Shown here: positions 10,769 through 21,218 of the stretch, piece after piece
How the letters are laid out: every line of letters begins with the position of its first letter
Numbering within the stretch: position 1 is the stretch's first letter
Assembly: GCA_052033955.1 (NCBI GenBank)
Contig: JBPOJD010000008.1
Coordinates: 5,628 to 69,627, forward strand
Origin: Candidatus Hydrogenedentota bacterium
Lineage (GTDB): Bacteria; Hydrogenedentota; Hydrogenedentia; Hydrogenedentales; SLHB01
Length of the DNA: 64,000 bases
Direction: 5' to 3'
Notes under the pieces: generated by a model
The model's input: only the letters and a program-made list of their open reading frames with translations
Told to the model about the DNA's origin: nothing
Database searches by the model: none
Translations under genes and position numbers: made by a program

Positions 10769-11782
10769 TCAGGCCTCCATCCGCTTGATGATGGCGTTGG
10801 CAAAGGCGATGGTGGACGCCCGGCCGCCGATGTCGGCCGTCAGCTCGCCGGGTTTCCCGTCCATCAGGACCGCGTTGTAGGCCTTCTTGATGCGATCGGC
10901 GCAGACGGTCTCACCCATGTGGTTGAGCATCATCACGCCGCTCATGATCAGCGCCAGCGGATTGGCGATGTTCTGCCCGGCGATGTCCGGGGCGCTGCCG
11001 TGTACGGCTTCGAACACGGCGCAGTCGTCGCCCATGTTCGCGCCCGGTACGACGCCCAGCCCGCCCACCAGCCCCGCGCACAGATCGCTCACCACGTCGC
11101 CGTAGAGATTCTCGAGCAGGAGAATGTCAAAGCGCGACGGATCGCGGACGAGCTGCATGCAGCCGTTGTCGATGATCAACTCGTCGTAGGTGATCTCGCG
11201 GGCCTCTTCTTCGTGGACGCGGCGCGCGCAGTCCAGGAACAGCCCGTCCGAGAGCTTCATGATGTTCGCCTTGTGAAAGACCGTGACGCGCTTGCGGCCA
11301 CGTTCGCGCGCATAGCGGAAGGCGAATCGGGCGATGCGCTCGCATCCGGCGCGGGTCGCGATTTTGAGGCTCTGCACGACGCCTGGGACGATTTCGTTCT
11401 CGATGCCCGAGTACAGTCCCTCGGTGTTCTCGCGAATGACCACCAGCTCGACGTCCTCGTACCGCGTCCGGATGCCGGGCATCGACCGGACCGGACGCAC
11501 GGCGGCGTAGAGGTTGAGGCGTTTGCGAAGCTGCACGTTGACGCTGGTGAACCCCTTTCCGATCGGCGTCGTCACCGGCCCTTTGAGGGCGATGCGGTGT
11601 TCGCGGATGGCGTCGACCGTTCGGGCGGGCAGGACATCGCCCCATTGTTCGGCCGCGGCGGCGCCCGCGTCGAGGACGAGCCAGGCAATGGGGGCGCCGG
11701 CGCCGTCGATGACCATGCGCGCGGCGCTGGCCACCTCGACACCGATGCCGTCGCCGGGGATCAGGCAGACCGTGTGGGACAT
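10769..11782 (-). CDS. Isocitrate/isopropylmalate dehydrogenase family enzyme (NAD-IDH/homoisocitrate DH-like)
   Basis: IPGDGIG start, ENTEGLYSG, NLYGDVVSDLCAGLVGGLG motifs of beta-decarboxylating dehydrogenases. Confidence 0.85.
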   Translation of the reverse strand: MSHTVCLIPGDGIGVEVASAARMVIDGAGAPIAWLVLDAGAAAAEQWGDVLPARTVDAIREHRIALKGPVTTPIGKGFTSVNVQLRKRLNLYAAVRPVRSMPGIRTRYEDVELVVIRENTEGLYSGIENEIVPGVVQSLKIATRAGCERIARFAFRYARERGRKRVTVFHKANIMKLSDGLFLDCARRVHEEEAREITYDELIIDNGCMQLVRDPSRFDILLLENLYGDVVSDLCAGLVGGLGVVPGANMGDDCAVFEAVHGSAPDIAGQNIANPLALIMSGVMMLNHMGETVCADRIKKAYNAVLMDGKPGELTADIGGRASTIAFANAIIKRMEA

Positions 11783-11874
11783 GGGCGGCTTCTCCGGTAG
11801 TCGTGCGTGTCCCTACTATAGCGTGCCCGCCTGGGGAGCGCAAAGGCACGCCGCCGGCCGGTGCGGCGGACGGA

Positions 11875-12306
11875 TCAGCGGTGCGGGCGCGCGGGCTCGG
11901 AAACCCGCTCGAGCACCTCGCCGCCCAGGGTCGCGTCGTGCATGTGCACGGCGATATCCCCCAGCGACAGGATGCCGATGACGCCGCCTTCGGGGCTGGT
12001 CACCAGAACACGGCGGATCTGCTTGACCTCCATGAGGTGCGCGGCCTCCTGCACGTCCTGGTCCTCGGTGACGTGTTCGGCGCCCGGCGTCATGATGTCG
12101 CGCACGTGCATCTGCGTCATGTTGACACTGTGCGCTACGCCGCGAACGGCAATGTCGCGGTCCGTGATGATGCCGGCGACGCGGTCGCCATCCAGAACCG
12201 GGAGGGCGCCGACGTTCAGCGCCTCCATCTTCTGCGCGGCGCTGAGGACGGTCGCATCGCCGGAAACCCCCTCGACGCCGCTGGTCATGATGTCGCGGAC
12301 TTGCAT
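11875..12306 (-). CDS. CBS-domain pair protein
   Basis: Two CBS motifs (VRDIMT...GALPV; VRDIMT...RRVLV). GGAGG RBS. Confidence 0.8.
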   Translation of the reverse strand: MQVRDIMTSGVEGVSGDATVLSAAQKMEALNVGALPVLDGDRVAGIITDRDIAVRGVAHSVNMTQMHVRDIMTPGAEHVTEDQDVQEAAHLMEVKQIRRVLVTSPEGGVIGILSLGDIAVHMHDATLGGEVLERVSEPARPHR

Positions 12307-12502
12307 GGTCTGGGCCTCCGTTGGGCGCGGACGTGCCTGTCCGGCCCTTTACACGAGTGTAGGTCCTGCGCCCGGAGTGGACAATGGGGAGGCCATTGGA
12401 ATGCGGGTGATCCATCTGCCGGGCAACGCATGGGGGAATGCCGGAACAGGAAACGGGCTCCCCTTGTCCGGGGAGCCCGCGTGGCACAGCCAAGGATATC
12501 TC

Positions 12503-13144
12503 CTACTCGGCTTCGCGGTATACCGCGACCGCGACCCCGGTCTCACCCGGTCCCTTGGTGAGATTGACGGTCACCGAACGCTTGTCCTTCGTGAAGGCCA
12601 GGAGGGCCATGTCGGATTCCGTAACGGCGGTCTGCTCGGTCCACCCCGCGCCCGCCAGCTTTTCCTTATAGAAGGCAAACACTTCCTCGAGAGCATTCTT
12701 GGTGGTGCCGTTCAGGGCATACATGCTCTCGTCCTGCTGGGCCGAGGCAAACTCGAGCACCAGTCCGTCGTAGACGGGCACATCCTTCGGGAAGTTGTCG
12801 GGAACTTTGGCGGAGTCGCCCGCAGTGACCGTCATTCCGCCGTCGGCGCTCGTCATCGAAAAGGACTCGTCGTCGCCGGTGATGGTCATGTCGCCCTGCT
12901 CGGACTTCACGACAACAGACGTGCCCTCGCCCTGGGTGACCTCGGCCGTCATCCCGGTCTCGCTGTCCGTGATCGTGAAGGAGCCTCCCGATGCGTCGAA
13001 CTTCACGTCGACGTTTTCATCCCCGGCGCTGTGCTCGACGGCCATTTCAGTCGCTTTCTCGGCGATCTTGCCGCAGCCCGTCATCACGATTGCCGCCGCG
13101 GCGCACACCGCCGTACCCATGGCCAATTGCAGTATCTGTTTCAT
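12503..13144 (-). CDS. Lipoprotein of unknown function
   Basis: Lipobox VMTGC after signal peptide. Ser/Thr/Asp-rich. GGAAGGA RBS upstream of ATG 13144. Confidence 0.6.
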   Translation of the reverse strand: MKQILQLAMGTAVCAAAAIVMTGCGKIAEKATEMAVEHSAGDENVDVKFDASGGSFTITDSETGMTAEVTQGEGTSVVVKSEQGDMTITGDDESFSMTSADGGMTVTAGDSAKVPDNFPKDVPVYDGLVLEFASAQQDESMYALNGTTKNALEEVFAFYKEKLAGAGWTEQTAVTESDMALLAFTKDKRSVTVNLTKGPGETGVAVAVYREAE

Positions 13145-13303
13145 TGCGTTCCATCCTTCCAATGGTTGCCAGCCCCTTCCGGGCCTCCAAATGGTGTTGG
13201 TCTACAGCGTTTTCAATGATTCCATAGCCGCGTTCCGCCGCGTTTCTGGAGCGAATTCTCGCAGTCTGCGGCCAGAAACCGCTACAGTTCAATTGAAAAC
13301 GGC

Positions 13304-14317
13304 CTAGCGCGTCGATGCCGTCTGCGGAAAGACCGCGTCGATCTGCGCGAGTTCCTCGGCATCGAAATGCCGGTTGGCCAGCGCGCCCACGCTGTCGCGC
13401 ACCTGTTCGGCGTTGCGTGCGCCAATCAGGGCGCTGGTGACCCGCGGATCGCGCAACGTCCAGGCCAGGGCCATCTGGGCCGTGGACTGGCCGCGCCGCT
13501 TCGCGATCTCGCTGATCTGGCGCACCTTGGGCACAACCTGCTCGACCCGCTGGAGGCCCAAGCCGCTGTCGGGATCGGCCGCGCGGGACTGCGCGGGCAC
13601 GGGATTGGCCGGGTCGAGGTACTTGTCGGTCAGCATCCCCTGCGCCAGCGGCGAGAAGACGATGACGCCCGTGCCGTACTGTTCCGCGTAGGGCAGCAGC
13701 TCGGTCTCCACCCGGCGGTCGAGCATATTGTAGTAGGGCTGGTTGATGATCACCGGCGACCAGTCGTGGCGCGCAACCGTTTCCATCGCCTGGCAGAAGA
13801 ACGCGCCGAAATAACTGCTTACCCCCGCGTAGAGGGCCTTGCCCTGACGCACGATCAGGTCCAGTGCACCCAGAGTCTCCTCGAGCGGCGTCCCGGGGTC
13901 CGGACGGTGACTGTAGAAGATGTCCACATAGTCGAGGCCCAGGCGTTTGAGGGACTGGTCGAGACTGGCGACCAGGTACTTTTTGCTGCTCCATTCGCCG
14001 TAGGGGCCGGGCCACATGTAGTAGCCGGCCTTGGACGAAATGATCAGTTCGTCGCGATGGTGGGCGAAGTCCTCCTTGAGGATGCGCCCGACCCGCTCCT
14101 CGGCGCTGCCGGCGACGGGGCCATAGTTGTTTGCCAGATCGAAGTGGGTGACGCCGAGGTCGAAGGCGGTGCGTATGGCCTGGCGGCAGACGTCGTGGTC
14201 GGCCTTGGTGCCGAAGTTGTGCCACATCCCCAGCGAGATCGCGGGCAGCTTCAGGCCGCTGCGTCCGCAACGCCGGTATTCCATCGAGTCATAGCGGGAT
14301 GCGTTGAACGCGTCCAT
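13304..14317 (-). CDS. Aldo/keto reductase (YghZ/Kv-beta-like)
   Basis: AKR signature DLANNYG, catalytic Y/K/H context, 337 aa. Confidence 0.85.
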   Translation of the reverse strand: MDAFNASRYDSMEYRRCGRSGLKLPAISLGMWHNFGTKADHDVCRQAIRTAFDLGVTHFDLANNYGPVAGSAEERVGRILKEDFAHHRDELIISSKAGYYMWPGPYGEWSSKKYLVASLDQSLKRLGLDYVDIFYSHRPDPGTPLEETLGALDLIVRQGKALYAGVSSYFGAFFCQAMETVARHDWSPVIINQPYYNMLDRRVETELLPYAEQYGTGVIVFSPLAQGMLTDKYLDPANPVPAQSRAADPDSGLGLQRVEQVVPKVRQISEIAKRRGQSTAQMALAWTLRDPRVTSALIGARNAEQVRDSVGALANRHFDAEELAQIDAVFPQTASTR

Positions 14318-14332
14318 GGTTTCTCCTTGTGG

Positions 14333-14815
14333 TTAGCGCACCACGATGCGCGGTGGGGCCTGTTCAGGGGACTCGCGGAACTCGATGCGCTCCGCCTCGC
14401 GGTCCTCGAAGGTCAGCATCGACCCCGAGAGCACACCGCGAAGGGTCTGGCCCTGGGCCTCGACGATCAGGGCATCGCCGACCAGGCGCCAGGCGCCTTC
14501 GAAACGGCGGTTGACGACCACGGTGCCGTTATCCCGAAAAGACAGCGTGTACGGACCGGCATGCCAGCTTGTTCCGGGCAGCGTCTCGGCGGTCAGGCGC
14601 TCGTCTCCAGATTCCACGACGATCCAGGGCGGTTCCTGGGACTCGTCGAAGATCGCCGGTTCCGGTCCGGTGGGCTCCGCCGAGGCCGGGGGCGTTGCCT
14701 GCATGGGCGCGGCGGTCGTAGCGGTCATGCCCCGCCCCATCAGGACCGACGCCACGACCAGGGCTCCGAGGAGCACGACACAGGCGGCAACGGCTACGAC
14801 GGCAGCGAGTTTCAT
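14333..14815 (-). CDS. Membrane-anchored hypothetical protein
   Basis: N-terminal TM helix, Pro/Ala/Thr-rich linker, 160 aa. No recognised domain. Confidence 0.45.
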   Translation of the reverse strand: MKLAAVVAVAACVVLLGALVVASVLMGRGMTATTAAPMQATPPASAEPTGPEPAIFDESQEPPWIVVESGDERLTAETLPGTSWHAGPYTLSFRDNGTVVVNRRFEGAWRLVGDALIVEAQGQTLRGVLSGSMLTFEDREAERIEFRESPEQAPPRIVVR

Positions 14816-14855
14816 GGTTCCGTCCTCGAGGGCTGTTCAGCGGCCTGTCGTCACA

Positions 14856-16283
14856 TCAGTAGGACATGGCCGCGATGACGCGTTTGGCGCACGGCGCACC
14901 CATGATCATGCAGGAACCTGGTTCGTCCGGCGCGTCGAAGGGGATGCACCGGATGGTCGAGCGCGTGTCTTCCTGCAACCGCTGCTCGACAGCGGGGTCC
15001 TCGTGGTTGAGGTGCACGCGGAAGAAGCCGCCATCACCGACGCGCGCCTTGTACTCGTCGTACGAGTCCACGGTGCAGGTGCGTTCGGTCATGCGCCGCT
15101 GTGCCGCACCAAACAGGTCCTGCTGCATCTGCTCGAGCAACTGCTGAAGCCGGGGCAGCAGCCCGTCCATGGGCAGGGTCATTTTCTCGCCCGTATCGCG
15201 GCGCACGACGACCACCTCGTTGTTCTGGCAGTCGCGCGGTCCGATCTCGACCCGCAGCGGCACACCTTTGACCTCCCAGTCCGCAAACTTGAACCCGGGC
15301 TTGTACTGGTCCCGGTCGTCGATCTTGTAGAAGAGCGGATCCCAGTCCCGGGTCAGTTCACGGGCACGGCCCACGACCAGCGCCTGCTCCTCGTCGCTGC
15401 GCCAGATCGGCACGAACACCACGGGCAACGGCGCGAGCCGGGGCGGTATCACCAGTCCGTTGTCATCGCTGTGGGTCATGATCATGGCGCCGATAAGCCG
15501 CGTCGAGACGCCCCAACTGGACGCGTAGACGTATTCGAGTTCCTTGTCCTTGTTTTGGAAGGTAACATCGAAGGCCTTGGCGAAATTCTGTCCCAGGTTG
15601 TGCGAGGTGCCCGCCTGAAGGGCCTTGCCGTCCTGCATCATCGCCTCGATGCAATAGGTGTGCAGTGCCCCGGCGAACTTTTCCTTGTCCGTCTTGCGCC
15701 CGGCGATGACCGGCATCGCCAAGAATTCCTCGGCGAAGCGCTTGTAGACGTGGGCCATCTTGTAGGTCTCTTCCTCGGCCTCCTCCGCGGTGGCATGGGC
15801 GGTGTGGCCCTCCTGCCAGAGGAACTCGGTGGTGCGCAGGAACAGGCGCGTGCGCATCTCCCACCGGCAGACGTTGGCCCACTGGTTGATCAGGATGGGA
15901 AGGTCGCGGTGTGAGCTGATCCAGTTCTTGTAGGTGGACCAGATGATCGTCTCCGAGGTCGGGCGGATGACTAGCGGTTCTTCGAGGGGCTTGCCGCCCG
16001 CATGCGTCACGACCGCGCACTCCGGCGCGAAGCCCTCGACGTGTTCGGCCTCCTTTTTCAGGAAACTCTCGGGGATGAACATCGGGAAATAGGCGTTGAC
16101 ATGGCCCGTCTCCTTGAACATCCGGTCCAGGTTGCGCTGGATGTTCTCCCACACGCCGTAGCCGTTGGGGCGGATGACCATGCAGCCCTTCACCGGGCTG
16201 TAGTCGGCCATCTCGCTCTTCAGAACGACGTCGATGTACCATTGAGAATAATCGGTGTCGCGTTTCGTGATACCCTTAGCCAT
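14856..16283 (-). CDS. proS: Proline--tRNA ligase, archaeal/eukaryotic-like class II type
   Basis: [17 protein letters not shown]-terminus, class II motifs, C-terminal Zn-binding ...[25 protein letters not shown] before ATG 16283. The 726-aa ORF call is an upstream over-extension. Confidence 0.9.
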   Translation of the reverse strand: MAKGITKRDTDYSQWYIDVVLKSEMADYSPVKGCMVIRPNGYGVWENIQRNLDRMFKETGHVNAYFPMFIPESFLKKEAEHVEGFAPECAVVTHAGGKPLEEPLVIRPTSETIIWSTYKNWISSHRDLPILINQWANVCRWEMRTRLFLRTTEFLWQEGHTAHATAEEAEEETYKMAHVYKRFAEEFLAMPVIAGRKTDKEKFAGALHTYCIEAMMQDGKALQAGTSHNLGQNFAKAFDVTFQNKDKELEYVYASSWGVSTRLIGAMIMTHSDDNGLVIPPRLAPLPVVFVPIWRSDEEQALVVGRARELTRDWDPLFYKIDDRDQYKPGFKFADWEVKGVPLRVEIGPRDCQNNEVVVVRRDTGEKMTLPMDGLLPRLQQLLEQMQQDLFGAAQRRMTERTCTVDSYDEYKARVGDGGFFRVHLNHEDPAVEQRLQEDTRSTIRCIPFDAPDEPGSCMIMGAPCAKRVIAAMSY

Positions 16284-16382
16284 TGCGCCTCCTGCGGAAT
16301 TTGGTGAAAACGGAGCGCAAATTCTAGCATAGCGACGGGGCGATTGACAGCCGGGGTGCTGCGCCCCGCGTATTGGAGCACC

Positions 16383-17021
16383 ATGCGGTATTACCCGATG
16401 TGTCTGAGCGTCGCCGGGCGCGACTGTCTGGTCGTGGGCGGCGGCGCGATTGGTCTGGAGAAGACGCGGCCGCTTGTCGCGGCGGGCGCGCGGGTGCGCG
16501 TCGTCAGCCCGGCCTTCGATCCGGGTTTTGACGGCCTGCCCGAGGTCGAGCGGGTCGAGCGCCCCTTCGAGGAAGCCGACCTGGACGGGGTCTTTCTCGC
16601 CATTGCCGCAACGGACGATACGGCGCTCAACCGTGGCTTCGCCGAGGCCTGCACGCGGCGCGGCATTCTGTACAATGTCGTGGATGTGCCGGAACTGTGC
16701 CAGTTCATCGTGCCCGCCTTTGTGGACCGGGGCGACGTGACGCTCGCCATTTTTACCCACGGCGCGGCCCCGGCGTTGTCCGGACGGCTGCGGCGGGAGG
16801 CCGCCGAGTGGCTGCCGGAGGACATCGAGGAGTACGCGGCGTTCCTGAAGTTCGCGCGGGGATGCGGCAAGCAGGCGATTCCGTCCGTCGAGCAACGTTT
16901 CGCGTTCGGCCGCTACCTCGCCTCGCGCGAGGGGTACAGGGAATGGAAGGCCCGCGACGCGTCGGCGCGCACGCGCTGGCTGGAGGACGTGGTGACGGCG
17001 TTCAAGGAAGGGCGGCGGTGA
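16383..17021 (+). CDS. Precorrin-2 dehydrogenase / sirohydrochlorin ferrochelatase (CysG N-terminal-domain homologue)
   Basis: Rossmann [12 protein letters not shown]. Similarity to SirC/Met8/CysG-N. Stop overlaps next gene (GTGA). Confidence 0.75.
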   Translation: MRYYPMCLSVAGRDCLVVGGGAIGLEKTRPLVAAGARVRVVSPAFDPGFDGLPEVERVERPFEEADLDGVFLAIAATDDTALNRGFAEACTRRGILYNVVDVPELCQFIVPAFVDRGDVTLAIFTHGAAPALSGRLRREAAEWLPEDIEEYAAFLKFARGCGKQAIPSVEQRFAFGRYLASREGYREWKARDASARTRWLEDVVTAFKEGRR

Positions 17022-18529
17022 CGGAGAAGACGGCATACGGCAAGGTCTACCTTGTGGGCGCGGGCCCCGGCGATCCGGGTCTGATCACCGTGCGCGGTCT
17101 CGAGTGTCTGCGTCAGGCCGACGTAGTGGTGTACGACGCGCTGGCGAACGACGTGCTGCTGCGGCACGCGCCCAACGCCGAACTCATCTTCGTGGGCAAG
17201 AAACGCGCGCAGCACGCGCTGCCCCAGGAGGACATCAACCGGATCCTCCTCGAACAGGCCGCCAGGGCGGCCCATGTCGTCCGGCTCAAGGGCGGCGATC
17301 CCTTTGTGTTCGGCCGCGGCGGCGAGGAGGCGCAGGTGCTGTCCCGTCACGGCGTGCCCTTCGAGGTCGTGCCCGGAGTCACGGCGGCGATTGCCGCGCC
17401 GGCGTATGCGGGCATTCCGGTCACTCACCGCGGGCTCGCCACGAGTTTCAGCCTCATCACGGGCCACGCGGGTCCGGAGGGCGCCCCGGCACTCGATCTG
17501 GACCGGCTCGCGCTCGACGGCACCCTGGCCTTCTACATGGGTGTGAAGAACCTGCCCGCGATTGTGGACGAACTGTTGCGGATTGGCCGTCCGGGCGACA
17601 CCCCGGTGGCCGTGATCGAGTGGGGCACCTACATGCGCCAGCGCACCATCACGGCGACGCTGGGCGATGTCGTGGCGCGTTGCCGGGACGCGGCGGTCCA
17701 GCCGCCCGCGATGATCCTCGTGGGCGAGGTGGTGTCGCTGCGCGACGAGATGAACTGGTTCGAGCGGCGGCCCCTGTTCGGCAGGCGTATTGTCGTTACG
17801 CGCGCGGCCGCCGGGCGCGGCGCGCTGGCATTGCGCCTTCGCGAGATGGGTGCGGATGTCGTGGAACTGCCCACGCTCGAATTCCAGCCGCCCGCGTGTG
17901 CGCCGGAACTGGGACCGGCGCTGTCCGCCGACTGGATCGTGTTCACCAGCCCGAACGCCGTCACGGCGGTCTGGGAGTACCTGGAACAAGCGGGCAAGGA
18001 TGCGCGCGCGCTGGCGGGCGCTCGTCTGCTCAGCGTGGGCACGACAACCGCGCAGGCCCTGCGCGATCGCGGGCTGCTGCCGGACCTCGCCCCGGAAGGT
18101 TACGAGCCCGAAAAGGTGGCCGACGCCTTGCGGGACCGCCCCGGGACAAAGCGGGTGCTGGTGCCGCGCTCGGATCTGGCCCACAGCCGCCTGGCCGAGT
18201 GCCTGCGCGAAGCGGGCGCGGAGGTGATCGAGGTGGCGGCCTATACCGCGGGCATCCCGCCAAGCGCCCGGGAAGGGGCGGCCAGACTGCTCACGCCCGC
18301 GCCGGACCTGATCTGTTTCACCAGCTCCGCGGCCGTCCGCAATTTCGCGCAGATCGTCGACGACGCAACCCTTGCCGGGGTGCGCGCAGGGGTCCCGGCC
18401 GCTGTGCTGGGCCCGGTGAGCGGTGCCACGGCGCAAGCGGCGGGGTTCCAGGTCGTCGTGACCCCCACGGTGCACACCGTCGAGGCGCTGGTGGAGGCGA
18501 TTGCCGCGTGGGCGGCGGGAGCGAGTTAA
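17018..18529 (+). CDS. cobA: Uroporphyrinogen-III C-methyltransferase fused to uroporphyrinogen-III synthase (CobA/HemD)
   Basis: [18 protein letters not shown] and [22 protein letters not shown] motifs, followed by a C-terminal HemD-like region. GTG start 17018. Confidence 0.85.
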   Translation: MTEKTAYGKVYLVGAGPGDPGLITVRGLECLRQADVVVYDALANDVLLRHAPNAELIFVGKKRAQHALPQEDINRILLEQAARAAHVVRLKGGDPFVFGRGGEEAQVLSRHGVPFEVVPGVTAAIAAPAYAGIPVTHRGLATSFSLITGHAGPEGAPALDLDRLALDGTLAFYMGVKNLPAIVDELLRIGRPGDTPVAVIEWGTYMRQRTITATLGDVVARCRDAAVQPPAMILVGEVVSLRDEMNWFERRPLFGRRIVVTRAAAGRGALALRLREMGADVVELPTLEFQPPACAPELGPALSADWIVFTSPNAVTAVWEYLEQAGKDARALAGARLLSVGTTTAQALRDRGLLPDLAPEGYEPEKVADALRDRPGTKRVLVPRSDLAHSRLAECLREAGAEVIEVAAYTAGIPPSAREGAARLLTPAPDLICFTSSAAVRNFAQIVDDATLAGVRAGVPAAVLGPVSGATAQAAGFQVVVTPTVHTVEALVEAIAAWAAGAS

Positions 18530-18604
18530 CCCGCTGGCCTGCGGGATGTTGCGCAAGGAATGATCCGGGAGAATGGCGTGTTTGTGATTGAGCGGGGCGA
18601 TACT

Positions 18605-18632
18605 TTACTTACATGACAATCTTTGTTATGAT
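18605..18632 (+). promoter_or_regulatory. Candidate sigma70-type promoter for sulfite reductase gene (TTACTT-N16-TATGAT)
   Basis: AT-rich island in otherwise GC-rich DNA, 45 nt upstream of cysI ATG, followed by GAGGAG RBS. Confidence 0.3.
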
Positions 18633-18675
18633 TTGGGTGGGAACCCTAACGTTGGACGTATGAGGAGTCGTATCA

Positions 18676-20439
18676 ATGGCTGAGATGGAAGATAAAGAGG
18701 AGCAGGCGGGCCCGAGCAAGGTGGAAGCGCTCAAGGGCGCGAGCCGCGGCCTGTACGGGGGGATTCCGGCGGAACTGGGCGAGGCCACGACCCATTTCAC
18801 GGACGATTCGGTGCAGTTGCTGAAGTTCCACGGCACCTACCAGCAGGACAACCGCGACACGCGCATCCCGCGCAAGAAGCAGGGGCTGGACAAGGAATTC
18901 ACGATGATGGTGCGGACCCGCTTCCCGGGGGGCGTCATCAGCGCGGAACAATACCTGGTGTGCGACGACCTGTGCGACAAATACGGGCAGCGCGACATCC
19001 GGGCGACCTCGCGCCAGACCTTCCAGTTTCACGGCATCCTCAAGGGCAATCTGCGGCCCCTGCTGCACGACCTGAATTATCTGGGCGAAATCACGACCAT
19101 CGCCACCTGCGGCGATGTGGTGCGCAACGTGACGGCGGCGCCCGTGGCCGACATCGACCCGGCGTATGCGCGGATCGGCGCGGACCTCATCGACGTGGCG
19201 CGGCAGATCAGTCTGCGCTTCTCGCCGCAGACGACGAGCTACTACGACCTCTGGCTGGACGACGAGAAGGTCACGGTCCACCCGGACGGGACGGTCAGTT
19301 TTCCATCGGAGTTGCCGGAGAAGCCCGTCGAGGAGCCGCTCTACGGCACGCACTACCTGCCCCGGAAGTTCAAGATCGGCGTCGCGACGGATTTCGACAA
19401 TTCCATCGACGTATACACCAACGATATCGGCATCATTGCCGTGACGCGCGACGGCGCGCTCGAGGGCTACGAGGTGCTCGTGGGCGGCGGATTGGGGCAC
19501 AGCCACCAGCGCCCGGCGACCTATCCGCGCCTGGCGACGCCGCTCGCGTTCGTCCAACCGGGCGAATTGCTGGAGATCCTCGAGGCCATCATCAAGGTGC
19601 AGCGCGACCACGGCGACCGCACGAACCGCAAGCACGCGCGGATGAAGTATTTGATCGACGACCTCGGCGAGGAGGCCTTCCGGGCGAAGGTCTTCGAGTA
19701 CGCCGGGCGGGACTATCCCGCGCCGCGTGGCGTGAAGCCGTCGGCGCAGCCGCACTACCTGGGCTGGCACGCCCAGCAGCAGCCGGGCCGCCAGTACGTA
19801 GGCGTCTGGATCGAGAACGGCCGCATCAAGGACCTCGAGGATGGGCGCCGGTTCCGGAGCGGCTTGCGGGCCATCGTCGAGAAGTACCGGCCGGACCTGC
19901 GGCTGACGGCCCACCACAACATGATTCTCGCCAATATCCGCGACGAGGACGTGGCGGGCGTGCAGGCCTTGTTGGACGAGTACAGGATTCCAACCGATCA
20001 GGGCGTGTCGCCGTTGCGGCGGCTCGAGATGGCCTGCCCGGCGCTGCCGCTGTGCCCGCTGGCCACATCCGAGGCCGAGCGCGCGCTGCCCGGCGTGATG
20101 GCGCAGATCGAGGAGGCCGGCCACGCGGACGCCGATGTGATCATCCGGATGAGCGGATGCCCGAACAGTTGTTCGCGGCCGGTATCCGCCGAGATTGGCA
20201 TCGTCGGCAAGGGCAAGAATCAATATGTGCTGACCATCGGCGGCGACTACCTCGGCACACGGCTCACGCAGGAGTTGCTGAACCCCGTGAAGACCGAAGA
20301 CCTGGCGCCGGTCATCTCGCGTCTGCTGGACGCGTGGAAGGGCGGGCGCGGCGAGGGCGAACGGTTTGGCGACTGGTCGTTGCGCGTCGGCATCGACGCG
20401 CTCAAGGACGTGGCGCAAGGCGCGCTGGCAACGCAGTGA
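18676..20439 (+). CDS. cysI: Assimilatory sulfite reductase hemoprotein (siroheme/4Fe-4S)
   Basis: Nitrite/sulfite reductase ferredoxin-like half-domains, Cys cluster CPALPLC...CPNSC, 587 aa. Confidence 0.88.
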   Translation: MAEMEDKEEQAGPSKVEALKGASRGLYGGIPAELGEATTHFTDDSVQLLKFHGTYQQDNRDTRIPRKKQGLDKEFTMMVRTRFPGGVISAEQYLVCDDLCDKYGQRDIRATSRQTFQFHGILKGNLRPLLHDLNYLGEITTIATCGDVVRNVTAAPVADIDPAYARIGADLIDVARQISLRFSPQTTSYYDLWLDDEKVTVHPDGTVSFPSELPEKPVEEPLYGTHYLPRKFKIGVATDFDNSIDVYTNDIGIIAVTRDGALEGYEVLVGGGLGHSHQRPATYPRLATPLAFVQPGELLEILEAIIKVQRDHGDRTNRKHARMKYLIDDLGEEAFRAKVFEYAGRDYPAPRGVKPSAQPHYLGWHAQQQPGRQYVGVWIENGRIKDLEDGRRFRSGLRAIVEKYRPDLRLTAHHNMILANIRDEDVAGVQALLDEYRIPTDQGVSPLRRLEMACPALPLCPLATSEAERALPGVMAQIEEAGHADADVIIRMSGCPNSCSRPVSAEIGIVGKGKNQYVLTIGGDYLGTRLTQELLNPVKTEDLAPVISRLLDAWKGGRGEGERFGDWSLRVGIDALKDVAQGALATQ

Positions 20440-20471
20440 CACCCGCCGGAGGCGGATGAATTGAGGACACC

Positions 20472-21212
20472 ATGACGACCGTAGCAGAAGATCTGGCCGG
20501 GCAGTTGGAGGCGTTGGAGTCGAAGGGGCCCGAGGAACTGCTGGCGTGGGCCTGCACGCAGCACGGCAGCCGGGCGGCCCTGATCACGAGCTTTCAGCGG
20601 ACCGGGTGCGTCATGATCGACATGGCCCACCGGGTGGCGCCGGCATTGCGCGTGGCCACGGTGGACACCTTGCGGCTGCACCCTGAGACCTATGCGCTGA
20701 TCGACGAGATCGAGGCGCGGTACGGCATCCAGATCGAGCGATTCAAGCCCGATCCTGAGCGGCTCGAGCGGATGGTGCGCCACCACGGCGAGTACCTGTT
20801 CTTCGACAGCCGCGGCAAACAGGAGTTCTGCTGCCAGGTGCGGAAGGTCGAGCCCAACCAGCGCGCGCTGGATACGGTGGACGTGTGGATCACCGGTCTG
20901 CGCCGGGACCAGTCCGAATTTCGCAAGAAGATCCCGCGGGCATCCGTGATCGAGCAGGCAGGCAGGCCGGTCATCAAGCTGTGCCCGCTGATCGACTGGT
21001 CCGAGGACGATGTGCTCGCCTACATTCGCGAACACCACGTGCCGGACAATCCGCTGTACGACCAGGGCTACCCGAGCATCGGCTGCGTCATCTGCTCGAC
21101 CCCCATCCGTCCCGGCGAGGACAAACGGGCGGGGCGGTGGCGGTGGTTCAACCACATGGGCGACGAGCACAAGAAGGAGTGCGGCATCCACAGCCAGGGC
21201 AGCGGCATCTGA
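20472..21212 (+). CDS. cysH: Adenylyl-sulfate/phosphoadenylyl-sulfate reductase (thioredoxin-dependent), Fe-S type
   Basis: PAPS-reductase fold with CC...CxxC cluster (FCCQVRK...SIGCVICS) and C-terminal ECGIH motif. Confidence 0.88.
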   Translation: MTTVAEDLAGQLEALESKGPEELLAWACTQHGSRAALITSFQRTGCVMIDMAHRVAPALRVATVDTLRLHPETYALIDEIEARYGIQIERFKPDPERLERMVRHHGEYLFFDSRGKQEFCCQVRKVEPNQRALDTVDVWITGLRRDQSEFRKKIPRASVIEQAGRPVIKLCPLIDWSEDDVLAYIREHHVPDNPLYDQGYPSIGCVICSTPIRPGEDKRAGRWRWFNHMGDEHKKECGIHSQGSGI

Positions 21213-21218
21213 CGAACC

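Noticed and set aside
14346-15914. 522-aa plus-strand ORF
   Set aside because: Antisense to proS and the upstream hypothetical. Composition-driven ORF without motifs.
16284-17036. N-terminal 250-aa extension of the proS ORF (726-aa call)
   Set aside because: The extension is antisense to the CysG-N-like gene, is Arg/Pro-rich junk, and an ATG with GGAGG RBS at 16283 starts the conserved [13 protein letters not shown]-terminus of ProRS.
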